A stretch of 55,300 nucleotides of DNA, the filler included, from Sphacelaria rigidula (taxonomy: Eukaryota): assembly GCA_964200075.2 (NCBI GenBank). It is 5 parts of 5 records of this genome, joined end to end, with 100 filler letters (N's around TTAATTAATTAA, not from the genome) between each part and the next. Parts side by side here need not be neighbours in the genome. Positions count along the whole stretch, not along the records: positions 33,243 to 44,221 come from CAXNAA020005588.1; positions 44,322 to 55,300 come from CAXNAA020005589.1; 3 more parts are not named here. One strand, written 5' to 3'. Under the pieces are notes generated by a model that worked only from the letters and a program-made list of their open reading frames with translations, did no database searches and had not been told where the DNA came from. The position numbers were made by a program, and so were the translations under genes. Below, piece after piece: positions 38,601 through 51,340 of this stretch; the stretch's first letter is position 1; every line of letters begins with the position of its first letter.

Positions 38601-39199
38601 CACGAGGCGGGAGTTCGGAAGTCTAGCTATACAAGCTGAACGGGGTAGTTTGGTCGATTCATGACCTACCAGTGGCGACAAGCTCACCATAATCCGCACA
38701 GTCATACTAGTGAACGCCACATGGTGCTTGGGCGGTACATATTTTTATGATGGAAATGTTTGGCGGGTGACTTGCCCCTGAAAATCCATCGGTTCTCTGT
38801 GTGGAAGCGTCATAGGTGGAAGCCATTCGCTTCAGTCCTACGATTAATTCACCCGCTCGTTTGTGCATCGTACCTCTACTGAGTACGACTCGTGACAGAC
38901 AGGGAGCGCTAGAAGAGAGACAGAGAGAGATCGAAAAATAGTAAACGGCTACCTCAAGTGACGCGAGCACGGCACAGGTACAGGTACTGACTCTCGTCAG
39001 GAAAATATACACCGCACGCGACAGACGATGGATGACGAGTCGACACAACATATGACTGATGGCGGCGGAGAGCGCACAGTCGACGATCGATAAGGCCTGA
39101 AGAGCCCTCTTCCCCCGCCAGTGCCCTTGTGCACGTTTATCCATGCGGTGCACCAGAGATAGGGCTCGCCTAGTGAAGTAAGACAGGCGACAACGTGAC

Positions 39200-41330
39200 C
39201 GACGGCGATTCCATACCGTGAGCTGCACCTCACAACACAGCAAATCCAAGTGCGCGGTGCTACATCAAAACTCGACGACCCCCACGAAACTAGACATGCC
39301 ACTTCTTCGTGGTGATTTACAATTTATACAACACTACCGAGACAAGACCCAATGAAATCGACGTGAAGATCGCTGGTACGTCCCCCGTTAACTTGTGTCA
39401 TGCTCTACAATTATATTGTTCGTGTTCGTGCTTTGTGCCGACCGCGCAGTCAACGCTTGACGACGACTGGTCGCTATATGTTGCACGTACTGGTTCTCCG
39501 CCCTCACACGATCCTCACCCCCGTCCCCTGGCCGGATACACTCTCGTCAAGGCAAAATCCGTTCCGTTGCTACGCATGGAGTGGAGAGTTGCTCGAAGCA
39601 CGACCAAAAACGGATCTTGTACCTCCACGCTACCGATTTCTGCTCCTACCGATGCGACGAAGCCTCTCGAATCTACGCAAGCAATCGCCCCTGACAAGAA
39701 ATGCACACTAGTTCATCGGATACCCGTCGGCCGCCTACATGCTGCATGCGTGCAACCTCAGCAGCCTCAGCATCGGTGACGCTCCTGCTTTCAGTAAAAC
39801 TGATCTTGACAGGCATGGGGTCCACCTCACATATTGTATCACTCCCCGAAAGAGCATCGATCTCCGCATCACGGCGGATGTTTAGCAAGAGCGACCCTGA
39901 CTTACCGGACGTTCGAGATTGCACGCAGTCGTCGCACACGAGAACCAGCATGCGGCACCTGGGTTGTACAGAGATTACACGACGGTAACGACAACGGAAA
40001 ACGAAAACCCGAAACGAAGCACGAATGAAATGATCATCGTTTTGGAACCGCGAGCTGCTGCGGCTCCTTGCAGTCCCGTGAAGGATGAGAATATTGCAAG
40101 GGTAGGTCGAGTAGAGTATACTCAATTGCGGGGTATTTTGAAAGCTTTACTTGAAGTACACAACTTGGTGGCAGGGTTTCAGGAATCGCTTCCCAGCTAT
40201 TTTTTGGGTACGACTCCGAACACTCTACCCTAGCTGGAGTACCCCAAGCACGTCTTTCAAAATACCCGGCATTTGAGTATTACTCTACTCGACCTGCCCT
40301 TGGAATATTGTAGACGAGGGGAACAAGCAGGACGGTCGGGCCTTTAAAACGATTGCGCGTATTTCGTTTTGACCAACAGGATCGCAGCAGCCAAGTTGGA
40401 GGTATTGCTGCGGTCCATCATGTGCATGTGCAACATGTATCGCGAACAGGATGGCTGCGCCATGTACGCCTTCGTACCCCACTGGCATTGTCACGCTTTC
40501 AACGACGGAGATGGATACGCGATTCCGGAGCAGCCGTCTGCTTGTTGTACCCAAACATTACAAGCAGAAGGCGCAATATGTGCGTGGCAATGCTCTTGCG
40601 GGCCCGGACCCCCGTTGGTTACATGAAGGCTTTGTCTCTCACGCCAGAACGACGACTCCAAAGTTGCGGCGGAGGGAAATAAGGAAACAGCCGCCTACTG
40701 GGGCATGGGCGCTCATGGGTTGAGAGTCGGAAAGATGGCGTTGATACGTGCGATGAAGTACGGAATATCGCTCCTGGTTGATGTCAATATTCCAAGGGTC
40801 GGACAAATAATGAGACGTCTGGAAATTACTTGGTTTCAGTATCATTGATTCGACTCTTACGAATCAATCCCTGGGCTTTGTTTTCAGCGTTGCAACCCAG
40901 GTACCCGCAGCCCAAACACGTGGAATGGCGCAAACGTTGCATGGATACCCCTTGGACCAGCGGTCAACTTTTGTCTCCCTTTTGGGCGATCAGGCCGAAG
41001 TAATCGTGAGTTTGGTGATCATTAGTCGTGATGATTTGTCCTAACCGTGCAATATCCAATTGTGAACTGGGTAGCCGACACTAGAAAACAAATGGCTAAG
41101 CTTGACGTAACCTGTCTCTCCGATGTATGCCATGCATACAATATGTCAAGTACGACTGAGGCATGGCAAGTGTACAGTCCTGACGCCCTCCGCTTCACCA
41201 TCCAGTCCAATTGACGAATCGATGCACATGTTGCTTTCACCTGCTACAACGTGAACGGCTGCCATAGTCATCCCACGGACACGCGCAGCAAATGCAGCTC
41301 CCCACAACTAGTCCCCCTGCTGGACACTCT
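39200..41330 (+). pseudogene. Fanzor1-like relic
   Basis: FHTVSCT..ATSKL, SLPERASI, KQDGRA, VTLSTTEM, RWR*YVR (~40733-40752), HAYNMS, HVAFTCYNVNGC (~41227-41262), RAANAA (~41283-41300). Confidence 0.6.
40097..40302. mobile_element. MITE with CAAGGG termini and an 8-bp TSD (P-like)
   Basis: TIR CAAGGG(T/C)AGGTCGAGTAGAGTA; perfect TSD GAATATTG. Confidence 0.92.
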
Positions 41331-41389
41331 GGCACCGAAACCCTGTCGAGGCAAAGGAACACCACAAAACGGAATAAAATCGGCGCTCT

Positions 41390-41550
41390 TTCAGGGGTAT
41401 TGGCTCCAGTAACCTGACACCGGGTTACTGTAATTGGGCCAGGACTCGAGCGGGGTACGATTGTCTCCCGCAGTGATGGTTGGCGGCGTTACACCCTTCA
41501 TGCCGCGGACACTGCTACGAGTAGAGTCTCAAGATACCGCTATATTACCT
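41390..41550 (+). pseudogene. IS607 tnpA (MerR-type HTH plus serine recombinase) N-terminal relic
   Basis: CNWA / ERGTIVSRSDGWRRY, then CY-(1-nt shift)-RVS, resembling TLRxW..GKI..RTxGGHRRY..YxRVS; lies directly upstream of a Fanzor2 relic. Confidence 0.4.
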
Positions 41551-41629
41551 GAATAAAAATTGCACTACACAGTGTTGATGGAAAGCAGTACAACCGTGTA
41601 CAGCTTGTGTATTCGGAGGTACACACGAC

Positions 41630-43000
41630 ATGTCGAGAAGGGCCTCACACGCCATCACCATGACATTAAATAAACAAGAGTCACGGTAAATTCAAGCGAT
41701 GTGATGGGCAACGTAGCAGACAACAAGTTTAACGTTTGGGGTCTACAATGGCGGTATTTCCCGCACGACAGGTCAGTGTGATTGTTCGGACTAGAACCGC
41801 CTATGAAGTTGATATATGTTATTAAGCCGCACTTCAAGGAACATAACGACATCTTCGGCAGAACGCCATGAGATGCACACGGTGACAGCAAAAGCCCGGC
41901 TGATAGCACTGAAAAGTGAGGATTGCGGCTGCCCGGCGATGTTGGGGTTCTCAAGACGATTTGGTGCCGCGCTCGTGGTGAATCAAATGTGAAGAACACC
42001 ACAAAGCAATACCCGTGTTTAATGGTGCTTTTTTCGACCCGTGTTTTCATAATTAATTACTAGGAGAGCCACATCTGTTGGACAGGCTACACCATCGTAC
42101 AAAACCTCACGGGTTCAAGTATTGAACTCGATTCGTTCACCATACTTAGACACTTCAAGTCGACAGCTGTGGGATGTCACTGCTGCATAAGTATGCCGAG
42201 TAGTCACCAGATATGCTACAACGGTCACTGCTAAGTAGCACCTGTTCAGCAATTGGTCGATATTACGGCCAATTCAGCTAACACGGGCGGAAAATGATCG
42301 ATGGTGACAACTTGATCCATCCATGGAAATACTACGAACAGGTTAAATCAACTATTTTCTTCTCATTACGGGAAAATATGTTTTTGACAGCTACCGACCA
42401 CCAACTATCCATTTCCTCCTCAAACATTGAGACTCGGATGGCGAGAAGTGACCTCACAAACGAAAACAATCAATGAAAGAAAGAGTCGGGAGTTCTATCA
42501 AAGGATCGGCTTTTCCAACAATGTACGGAATCCGCCGTCTTTCTCCCCCAACATCTACGGTGCAGATGGACGACCGGTACAAATTGGACAAGCATAGAAA
42601 GCTCGCGATTAATAATGTTGTCCACCATGTGAACCATGCGTACCGGATTCTAGGACAAGTTTATTCAATTATTGGCGGAAAAAATGCCGCAACATCCACA
42701 GCTTCAAAAGTACTTCAGCAAGTTATGATGCGAAATAAACGGGTAGACAAGCAGCAAGCCCGTTATCATCTTGAAGCTACCGTTCGAAATCGAGCAGTTA
42801 GTATACCCCTTGTGTCGGAATATCTGACGAGTAGATGTTGCTACAGCAGCCCCAACTTTCGCCACGTACGGCTGCGAATTGAAAAAAAATATTGAAACTC
42901 ACATTTGCGTCTTATTCCAAGCTTCCGAGGCAGACTGATCCTGCACGATGGTCCTGCGAAACTTGGTTCTCACCAAGAATCGCAGAAACGGACACCCCCC
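41630..43000 (+). pseudogene. Near full-length Fanzor2/IS607-TnpB-like relic
   Basis: MSRRASHAITMTLNKQESR*..FGVYN (HTH), IFGRTP*DA, GRYY, SLRENMFLTATD (RuvC-I position), KLAINNVVHHVNH..YSII, LEATVRNRAVSIPLVSEYLTSRCC (LVSEYLTSRCC at ~42809-42841; TnpB-like spacing), HDGPA/RNLVL. Confidence 0.7.
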
Positions 43001-43329
43001 GTTGAGGCGCTTTTTTCTTGCCTTAATTTGAACGAGCGCGGCATTTTGTAGTGAAACTAAAAACGCGTGTGTCCGGATAGCGACCATGCATAGCGTTTTA
43101 CCAGTAGCAATCACACCTTCAAGGCCAAAGTGAGCATCTTATACATACCACTAAATACAGCTCTTTTTTTTTTTTCATCAATGCGGCCCAATAAAGGAGA
43201 AAACAATCGAAAAAAAGAGCCGAGTGGCTGGGAGAACAAAAACAACACGACTGCTCCTCAATGGCTATATTAGAAATTGAACACAAGCCTGAGGCAGGTT
43301 CTTGTTTAGTATATATGCTTTTGTAGAAG

Positions 43330-45100
43330 CGACGGCGTCGTGACCATGCGTAACGGCGTGTTCAGAGAACATCGGGAGATCAATGAGGTTGCAGCATTTC
43401 TCCGTACACTACATACGGACGTGTTTCGGTAACGCTTCAAGCCTGTCACAGGCGATAGGGCTAGCCAACCCAGCATTGCTGAATGCCAGAGCATTTCTGT
43501 TGTCCCAGACTTAGGGTACGGATGGGGTTCACTTTCCCCGTTGACGTGTGCTGCACTTCTGGTTGCATTGGTCGCAACACTGGGCAGAAAAAAACACTCA
43601 AAACATGCTTCGCAACCGGCACCGAAAAGGGAAAATGGTCAACCAATAACATGTAATCCGACGCAAGAGCAATATTCCTCATCGTAGATTTCTTCCACGC
43701 ATCCGGCTCACCCCAACCGTTGACACACACTCGATAAGTGAAGGTCTCCGTATACCTCGAAAAAAGAACGGAAAAACGATAATTTTCGGTAGGAAATCCA
43801 CCTTTGCGCTGAAGTTAGAGCCGTGCATTGTGTCCTGTTTTCACCAACTGTTTCACTTCTCCATGCGGTCATGTTCCGCTGAAATCTTGTTTGGTCTCCA
43901 TATTTGTGCAGAACATGGACAGGTTAGAAAATACAGCCGCTGAAATACGTAACCGTTCGATGTATATCTTGAATCCCAAACTCTTTGCCGGATATCCACG
44001 TTCGAAGCGATCCCATGTGAGTCATCCTGTGCCCACGCATTTTACAGGTGTCTTTCTTCATTACACCAGCAGTGGAGAGTGACTGCGTCGTGGGTAAACA
44101 AAAGTCGACTGAACGGTCGACGAGGGAAAGGGATTGCTGAACCCCTCTCGCGATAAAAATTAAAAGCAAGCACCGCAGAAGGAAGGTGGGGTACTAAATA
44201 AAAAGAAAAAGAAAAAGCTCCNNNNNNNNNNNNNNNNNNNNNNNNNNNNNNNNNNNNNNNNNNNNTTAATTAATTAANNNNNNNNNNNNNNNNNNNNNNN
44301 NNNNNNNNNNNNNNNNNNNNNGGCATCGAGTTTGCTTCTGTCGTGTGTTCGGTGGGGTCTGGCAGGGGGGGGGGGGGGGGGGGGGATGTTTGATTCCACG
44401 AGAAAATGGGCTCATAGGTGCGGAAGACGATACAACACACTCGCGGTGCGCTTGATTTGGGTAAAACTGGTGTTGGGCAGTATGGATGCGCGTTATCTAT
44501 GGGGAGCAATCGCTTTCGAACAACCGTAAATGCTGCTGCTCTTAGCAACGATTGAAATAGAATTTCGTACAAGAAACGCCTCCCCCTTTCGTAGCATGAC
44601 TCAGATATCGAGACAAACAAGATGAACACCTCCTCCCCTGACTCGCGGACCGCAGGTAACCGCTTCATGCATGGACCAGAGACCTTCGACAGACAGGGAG
44701 CTAGTACTCAATCATTTTGCATGATAGTTCAGGGTACAAGGTATTAGTATATACTTACTCCGAGTTTTAACGCAGGGAGAAGGGAGCCCGAAGGTTACAT
44801 TTCAGATGAATCCACCTAAACAAGCACCTGATCATGATCCAACCAGTCTCCATCAACCGACATGGCATGATAACACTGTACCTCTCTCTTTGCGAACTCC
44901 AACGAGGTGGCGAGCGTCTCGCGGCACACGGTATCACCCTCCGGAAAATGAAGAAAAAGATACGGCACTTCGGAGGGGCCCGCCGAGATAGAATCCTTCG
45001 CAAACGAAGCCAGACACTGCCTCACGCGGTCGCGATCCGTCTGGGACGTACGTGAGACGTGAGTTGGGGGCGCACCGAACGCTTAGTTTCTTCGACAGGT
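43330..45100 (-). pseudogene. Fanzor1-like relic (spans a SINE and an assembly gap)
   Basis: LASFAK, DGDWL, SGSLLPALKL; FKIYIERL..LSMF, VNGWG..STMRNIA, VPVAKHVLS..CP, IRTL, LKRYRNTS (~43417-43440, like WxRDxNAS). Confidence 0.55.
44068..44221 (+). mobile_element. SINE family A fragment ending at a gap
   Basis: Matches the body sequence at ~20210-20360. Confidence 0.75.
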
Positions 45101-45599
45101 GACTGGAGAAGGGGAAAAAAAAAAGGATAAAACGTGAAACCGTTATGTGAAACCGTTTAATACCGTTTTAATGAATGGAAGTCCCCCCCAACCTCCCGAT
45201 TAGGCCCCGTCTCAACGAAAGAAATCATCAAGAGAAGGATGGTGACAATGAGAATGGGAGTGAAGAGCAAATTAATGACGTTTTGTGAGGACGGAGGAAC
45301 AATCCAATAAATATGCGAAACGGAACGTAAAATGGTTGCCACGAGTGGGCTCCTCGTCACAATCGCTCTCGTTGTCACAATCCTGTCCTCATTTTTTCTC
45401 GTCTTGATAAGTTGGGGCCTTACCGGGGATGGGGAAACAGCAAATACCAGTCAGCTGCTACCTGTAAAAAAAAAAAGAGGAATGCGTGCATACATACATT
45501 GCACCAACACAACAGACCATTCAAAACATGACGACGGGTCTCAAAAACAAACAGAAACGAAGTGACACCCATTTCGTTGAAAACTCAAAAAATGATCAG

Positions 45600-46950
45600 T
45601 CTAGCTATAGGCCCCAAAAGCGCATGTCCATCTTGATGGTAAAAATCTCAACATGCGTGCGATTACGGCAGGGCACGGGACCGTTAAATACGAGGGATAA
45701 CGCCCCCCAGTAGCGTTTTTTTCGGCTCGATTTCTCCAAGACTACGCTGCTAGCTAGTATAGTACCCCCTAACTCTCGTCTGTGGGAAATATATCAAGAT
45801 TTGTCTATGCACGCTTTATCGCTCTAGCCTTCGGTAAGATCAAGGGTGCCCAAAAAACAGCCTCAGACCCTTTGTACCCCCCCCCCCCCTCGTCCGACGG
45901 TCGTAAGGTGTTTTTTTCTTTCACAGTAAGAGATACTTAATGAATAGCCCTTTTGGGGCGACTTGGATGAGGTAGCGCCTTTGATTGTTGACTCTACCTG
46001 CCACCACAAGATGCGACGTACAGTGGACGCAAATTGGCGGTGCAGATAGATGCGTTTAGCTTGATTGAGCAAGCATTGCAGAGCACTGTGGTATTTGTCT
46101 AGTCTTGTTCTTGTCGTGGAAGTGTGACGTGCAGTGTATTGCCGAAACCCATAAATATAACTTGGCCTTACTTGGCTCCAAGTTTTCCGAAGAATTAAAG
46201 CTTCATTGACCCGAATATTTAATAACGAACATCGTGCGTCAATGCTATACGTGTATTGAACAACAAAGGCACACTGACTCATCGCTATCGACGTCATGTT
46301 TGGTAGATCGGTACCTGAATTACTGAGGAGCCACCAGCGACTTGGAACAACGCTAAATACTGTTTCTTTCATGAACTTCTTTTTATTTTGGACAAATGCA
46401 GCTTTACAGCTGCGTTTCAATGGGATTTAGTAATCCCCCTCCCCTCCCCCCCGCGCGAGCCTGGTCCAGCGAAAACCCGGCGTGCTCCGTCTCGGCTTTG
46501 TAGGGGTGCGAGGTCAATGGTCTTATGACCATGGCATGCATAATCATGAGTACCCCCCCTCCCCCCCCCCCCGAAGAAATTCAGGACTGAAAAAGGGGTC
46601 TGGGATTGTTTTTCGGGCACCTTTGGTAAGATAGGGGTTTGGAGACGAACGGCTTCATGACAAACACATGCTGATTCTCACCGTATCTTTTCCCGTCCAT
46701 GCGACGCGCACTTGACAGGAGGGTCGCGGTTAAGGTTACTACGTGTACTCATTATTCTTCGTACTCTATCAAGTGGGGTTGGCAACATTGGTAGCCTTGC
46801 CCAGGGAGATTCAAAATGTACGCCCAAAAGAAATCGAAAACGAGAAACAAAAAACAGTCTCGTCAAGGTACACCTCGAAGTACCCACGCAAGTTCGGGAT
46901 GATTTCAGGTATGCCTCGTTGCCGCCGTGCCCGAATGGTCTAAATTAAAA
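45600..46950 (-). pseudogene. Fanzor1-like relic
   Basis: EIIPNL..VYLDE, WTGK..SACV, TVFSVVPSR (46337-46363, like VDPGR), RLDKYHSALQ, APL..ARAIKRA*..TDE[10-nt insertion]YYTS*QRS (~45740-45785), FYHQDGHA. Confidence 0.65.
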
Positions 46951-47304
46951 TAGTACATGATGAGCCGGTTCGTGCGCAAGGTTACGGGTTGGGTTCACAG
47001 CCCAACACATACCGTTCTCTCTCGAGAAGCACGTATCTGGTCTCCGCTATCGACAATGAAGGAACGTGAGTAGCGAAGAAAAAAAATTAATATGACGAGA
47101 GAAGACGCGGCGCGGGAGTGCTAAAAGTCATGATCCAGTCCATCATACCAAAACGTCAGGCATGCACGCACGTGGTACTGTACCGGGGAGGAGAAAGATT
47201 GACCCCTTTTGAGGCCGCTTCTTATGGTAAACAAAGAAACAAAATATCCTGAAAAACTGCCCTTTTGGACCTTCTGTATCGTTTTACGCCCAAAAAGAGG
47301 GCTC

Positions 47305-47600
47305 GGCAGATTTTGGCACCTTGAAGTGACTTGCTCTACTCGTTGAGACCGTTTCAGGACACCTTTGCGATGTCCGGTGGCCGCAGTCCTTTTTTTTTAC
47401 CAATCACACTTGCGTTTTAGTCCAAACACGGCCAAGTGCAGAAAAAATGGCGTTTATTTCTAGGTTTGACCGTTCTTGACCGACCTTGGACAAAAGTGCT
47501 TGTTTGGTCCAAAAAGAATCTGCGGCAACCGGAAAACGCGAAGGTGTCCTGAAACCGTCTCAACGAGTAGATCAAGCCATGCCAACACGTCGAAATCCGC
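47305..47600. repeat. Degenerate foldback / inverted repeat
   Basis: TCTACTCGTTGAGACCGTTTCAGGACACCTT versus AAGGTGTCCTGAAACCGTCTCAACGAGTAGA. Confidence 0.75.
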
Positions 47601-47679
47601 CCAGTTTGTCACGTTTGTCACAGTAAAAAAGTACAGTATAAACTTTGAAACGATGCGACCCCTCTCAGAATGCTCAACA

Positions 47680-49700
47680 ACCTACGACGCTCCGGTTGGA
47701 TCATTTTCAACACTCGCACTGCCTGCAATCGAACAGTAAGCTGGCTAGATGTTCAGGCCGCCGTTCTGCACGCCTGCTATAATACTACGTCTGCCTACCA
47801 CTCTCTCAGCGTGTTCAATGACAATCGCTTCGATGTTCGCTATCAGCGATACAGACATTCCAAGCCCTGAGCCCTTCCGGTTCTGTTCGGTGTTCATTAT
47901 CTCACATCTATCATTATTGATGTGTGATTCAATTTAATCAATCCTTTTGGAATCCTCCCCTCCTGTCCCCTGACCAAACGCCTTATTATGAGAAGCCCTG
48001 ACGAAGAGGAAAACATGGAAACAGAAAAGGCCGACGGCAACATTTTTACAATGGAAGACCGAAGAAGAATATCCTCCCTGGAGAAATTGGGTAAGGTTTG
48101 TCCAATCATACCACGCAACGGATGAAGTGTGTCCAATTGTATCCAACGACAATAATCAGCAAAACCACTGTAAAACATTCCATTAAAAAAATAGCAATGG
48201 GATCCAGGGCCCAACCAGGCACGTCGGTATATTACCATTTGTAGATAAGGGAAGCACCGCTTTGATGGGCTGCAGCATCGGGTGGCGAGTTCGCCAAGCC
48301 ACACCGTACATACAACATAGTACGGCTGAACCCCGCAAAATCTCGTCACCAAATGTGGAAGGCGCAGTGGATTGTGCGGGCGGTACATGGCGGGCGTGAT
48401 CGCAGGCGTCCGCACAGACGATATACATGCACACGGGAGGGAGCCAACGGGCACCGCCTACCGAAATCAGGCCAGATGAAAATACACAATCCACTGCGCC
48501 TTCCACATTTGGTGACGGGATTTCGCGGGGTTCAGCCATACTATGTTGTATGTACGGTGTGGCTTGGCGAACTCGCCACCCGATGCTGCAGTCCGTCAAA
48601 GCGGTGCTTCCCTTATCTGCAAATGGTAATATACCGACGTGCCTGGTTGGGCCCTGGATCCCATTTCTATTTTTTTAATGGAATGTTCTACGGTCAGTAA
48701 TCACAGTACGTTACACCATTGACTTGCGGCTACACTCCGTGCAATATAAACATAAGCATGTGAAAAGTCGGCCACGAGAGTAGACGGCACGAGACGATAG
48801 CGGTAGCCGGCCTCATGAATTTCATGCAGCATGAAGTATATCTGTGCAACGGTCGGGAACGATCAACCCGCGGTATAGATGTGGTGGGGCAACTGTGCCT
48901 TCCGCTACGCCGTTGTGTAATTGTCAACCCGCAGTATAATGTTGTCTGCACGTGCTTGGCAGAGCGCAGTTCTGTGCATGCCTCGCGTTTGACAGAGATT
49001 TCTTCAAAATACGATATATTTTAAAAAGATAATACAGAAATGACACGAAGCAGCAAGGCATCATCCCTGGGGCGACGGCACTTGGCATACTCTACACCAC
49101 AGTGACGGTGCATAACTGCAGGGCACATGGCGTCTGCGTCGCCTATACACATTTTTTCAAACGGAGGGATGGTGCTGTCGGAACGTGCATGAGCGCGATG
49201 TTGTGCATGACATGAGTGTGCAGTCGAGATTACCCCAAACTGCTGTAAACACACCCAGTACTGTACAGGGCAGTATCGCAGCACCCCTGGCGGCACGGAA
49301 AGGTGACTGCCTGGGATTGTATTACACGCCAGTTCATGAAGATGGCGAATGTGCCATCGGCGTTGCCCTTGTTGCTATGAAGCTGCAAAGAGTATAAACT
49401 GCAGCGGGCAGGGCGTGCAGGTCAGGTGGGAAGCACGCTTCACAGAGGCCTGCCGCGCACTGTGGCCGGGGAAGGAGCTCATGAGTGTGGAAAAAAAAGC
49501 CGACGGGTCGCAGCAAGAAAATAGGAAACCTTCTCTTGTTCCACTTGTCACTCGTACGGGTCTGAAAAACACGCGTTTGGCCAAAATTGTTGCGTCTAAG
49601 CTGTGAACCATCAACCATATCTTGCTCAAAAACCGTCAATTGCAAATGATCAATTTTCCATTGTGAGTTCCAAAAGGATTAAATTAGAAATTCTTTCGCT
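47680..49700 (+). pseudogene. Fanzor1-like relic
   Basis: DVQAAVLHACYNTTSAYHSL (N-terminus), NFMQHEV..LCLPLRR (~48893-48913), SDGA, AVEITPN, LYYT, RFTEAC, RTGLK..TINH. Confidence 0.5.
48167..48694. mobile_element. Foldback element with 210-bp inverted arms
   Basis: 48167-48376 is the near-perfect reverse complement of 48485-48694; 108-bp spacer. Confidence 0.92.
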
Positions 49701-49817
49701 CCCACAAAACACATATTCCCTCGATTATGAATATTTCGTAATAGCCCTCTGTCATGGCGTAAAACGACGCATAAGGACCGAAAAGGCAACTTTACAGGAT
49801 TTTTTGGGGAATATTTG

Positions 49818-49963
49818 CACACCCTGGACAATAGATCACGTTGTAAAAAAAAGTACACTACGTATAGTATCGACTATTGCGTCTATTGCGATATACAATG
49901 GATTCAATACTGTACGTAGTACACTTTTCAACAATGTAATGTATGGTCATTCTCCAGGATGTG
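49818..49963. mobile_element. CACACCCTGG-family MITE (inverted)
   Basis: CACACCCTGGACAAT..CTCCAGGATGTG. Confidence 0.8.
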
Positions 49964-49999
49964 TTCGTTTGCCATAAGAAGCGGCATGAGACCACGGGC

Positions 50000-51340
50000 T
50001 CGTCCCCGAGACGGGGAGGGACTGCAAATATAAATGGCAAAAAAACAAAATAATACGTAGCACACACACCACCCTGAATACGGCTATACTACATGGAAAC
50101 TATATCCGTCGACATATATAGGAGAAAATTTCAGTACCACAATTGGATGATGACTCTTTAACCGCCAGGGTGTGTCATCTGGGTCCTACGATCATTTCCT
50201 AAGTGGAGATTATGCCGATGCAACCGATAGATGGGCCATCCTGATGGTCTAAGGGATAAGGCCAGAAGACTTCTTCACACGACAACAGCTACATAGGCAA
50301 AAACATTGCATTGAGTCGACGGCTCACCTGGTAGCAGTCGCCCAAGACCGGAAATTCCAGCATCCTCAATATCCAACCTAGCACGGGGACTCGGATTAAC
50401 CGCTCGCTTACCAAAACCTAATAAATAATGGCAACACGTACGGGGAACAATTAGCGGACGGGCAGGAAGGGTGCTAAATATACCGCGGTACTTGGTCTTG
50501 GAGGATCTGCAGACAGACTGAAGTACATACTACTGTATGGCCATTATCCATGAGATGGACATCACACTGGCTCACCGGATGGATTCCCCTATTTAGGCGC
50601 TTCGAAGGGTCAGCAGCTGCTACATTCACTTGCATTTTTTCAGGTGTTTCGACGCATGGGGAGGGAAATAATTTTTCTGCGCGCGGACCGGAAAAAAACA
50701 GCTCGAATTAAAAGAGCTGGCACCGTGTAAAGTACTCCCGCAGGGCCAGGTAAGGCAGGGCTGGAAGACGAATCAACACGGGTACGTGGTCCAACAGGCG
50801 ACAACAACACAGCGCAGAGACGGAAAATAGCACGGGACTAATGCGAGATAGCCCCCCCACAAAAAGTGCACCGGAGACCATCCGACAAACCGGCTGCAAT
50901 CCCACTATTGGAATCGTCTGCAGCAATTTCGCCCACATGAGAGGCGCGCAGCAGTCCGAAATCAACTGCAGTACATATATTTTGTTTGTTTTGAGGCATT
51001 ATGTACCGGCTTCCGGGGGTCTTCACCCCGGGACCTCCGGAAGCTGGTGAAGAGCGGATTTAAGTTTGAAATGTTTTCAACAATACATATTTCCAAAGCT
51101 GTTTTCTGTCTAGGGTATACCCGGAAGTGGGCCCAATCAAACCTAAATGTGAAATGTGTATCGGACATTCCGTTATGGTCCAACAGGGTATGGAGCCTTC
51201 TTCCGAATAATCCGGAATGCTTCCGGAGGGTATATTTGTTCACCGATGAAACACCTCCTTCATCTTCTATATTTCAGTTGATACCCGAATTTCAGCCTGT
51301 ATGCTGTACCCTAGAGAAGACGACCTTGCATATTTCTATT
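50000..51340 (+). pseudogene. Fanzor1-like relic
   Basis: ADRKK (~50683; one base short of ADPGK), SPKSTAVHIF, FKFEMF, AVFCLGY..W, RVYLFTDETPPSS (~51225-51265). Confidence 0.45.

Noticed and set aside
48730-49600. MULE/FAR1 transposase relic on the minus strand (GDADAM, CGLTITQR)
   Set aside because: The plus strand gives a more complete ordered Fanzor1 motif series (LPLRR, SDG, LYYT); the MULE resemblance is weak.
50962-51243. Fanzor fragment on the minus strand
   Set aside because: The plus-strand reading (VFCLG..FTDE) is more consistent with the upstream motifs.
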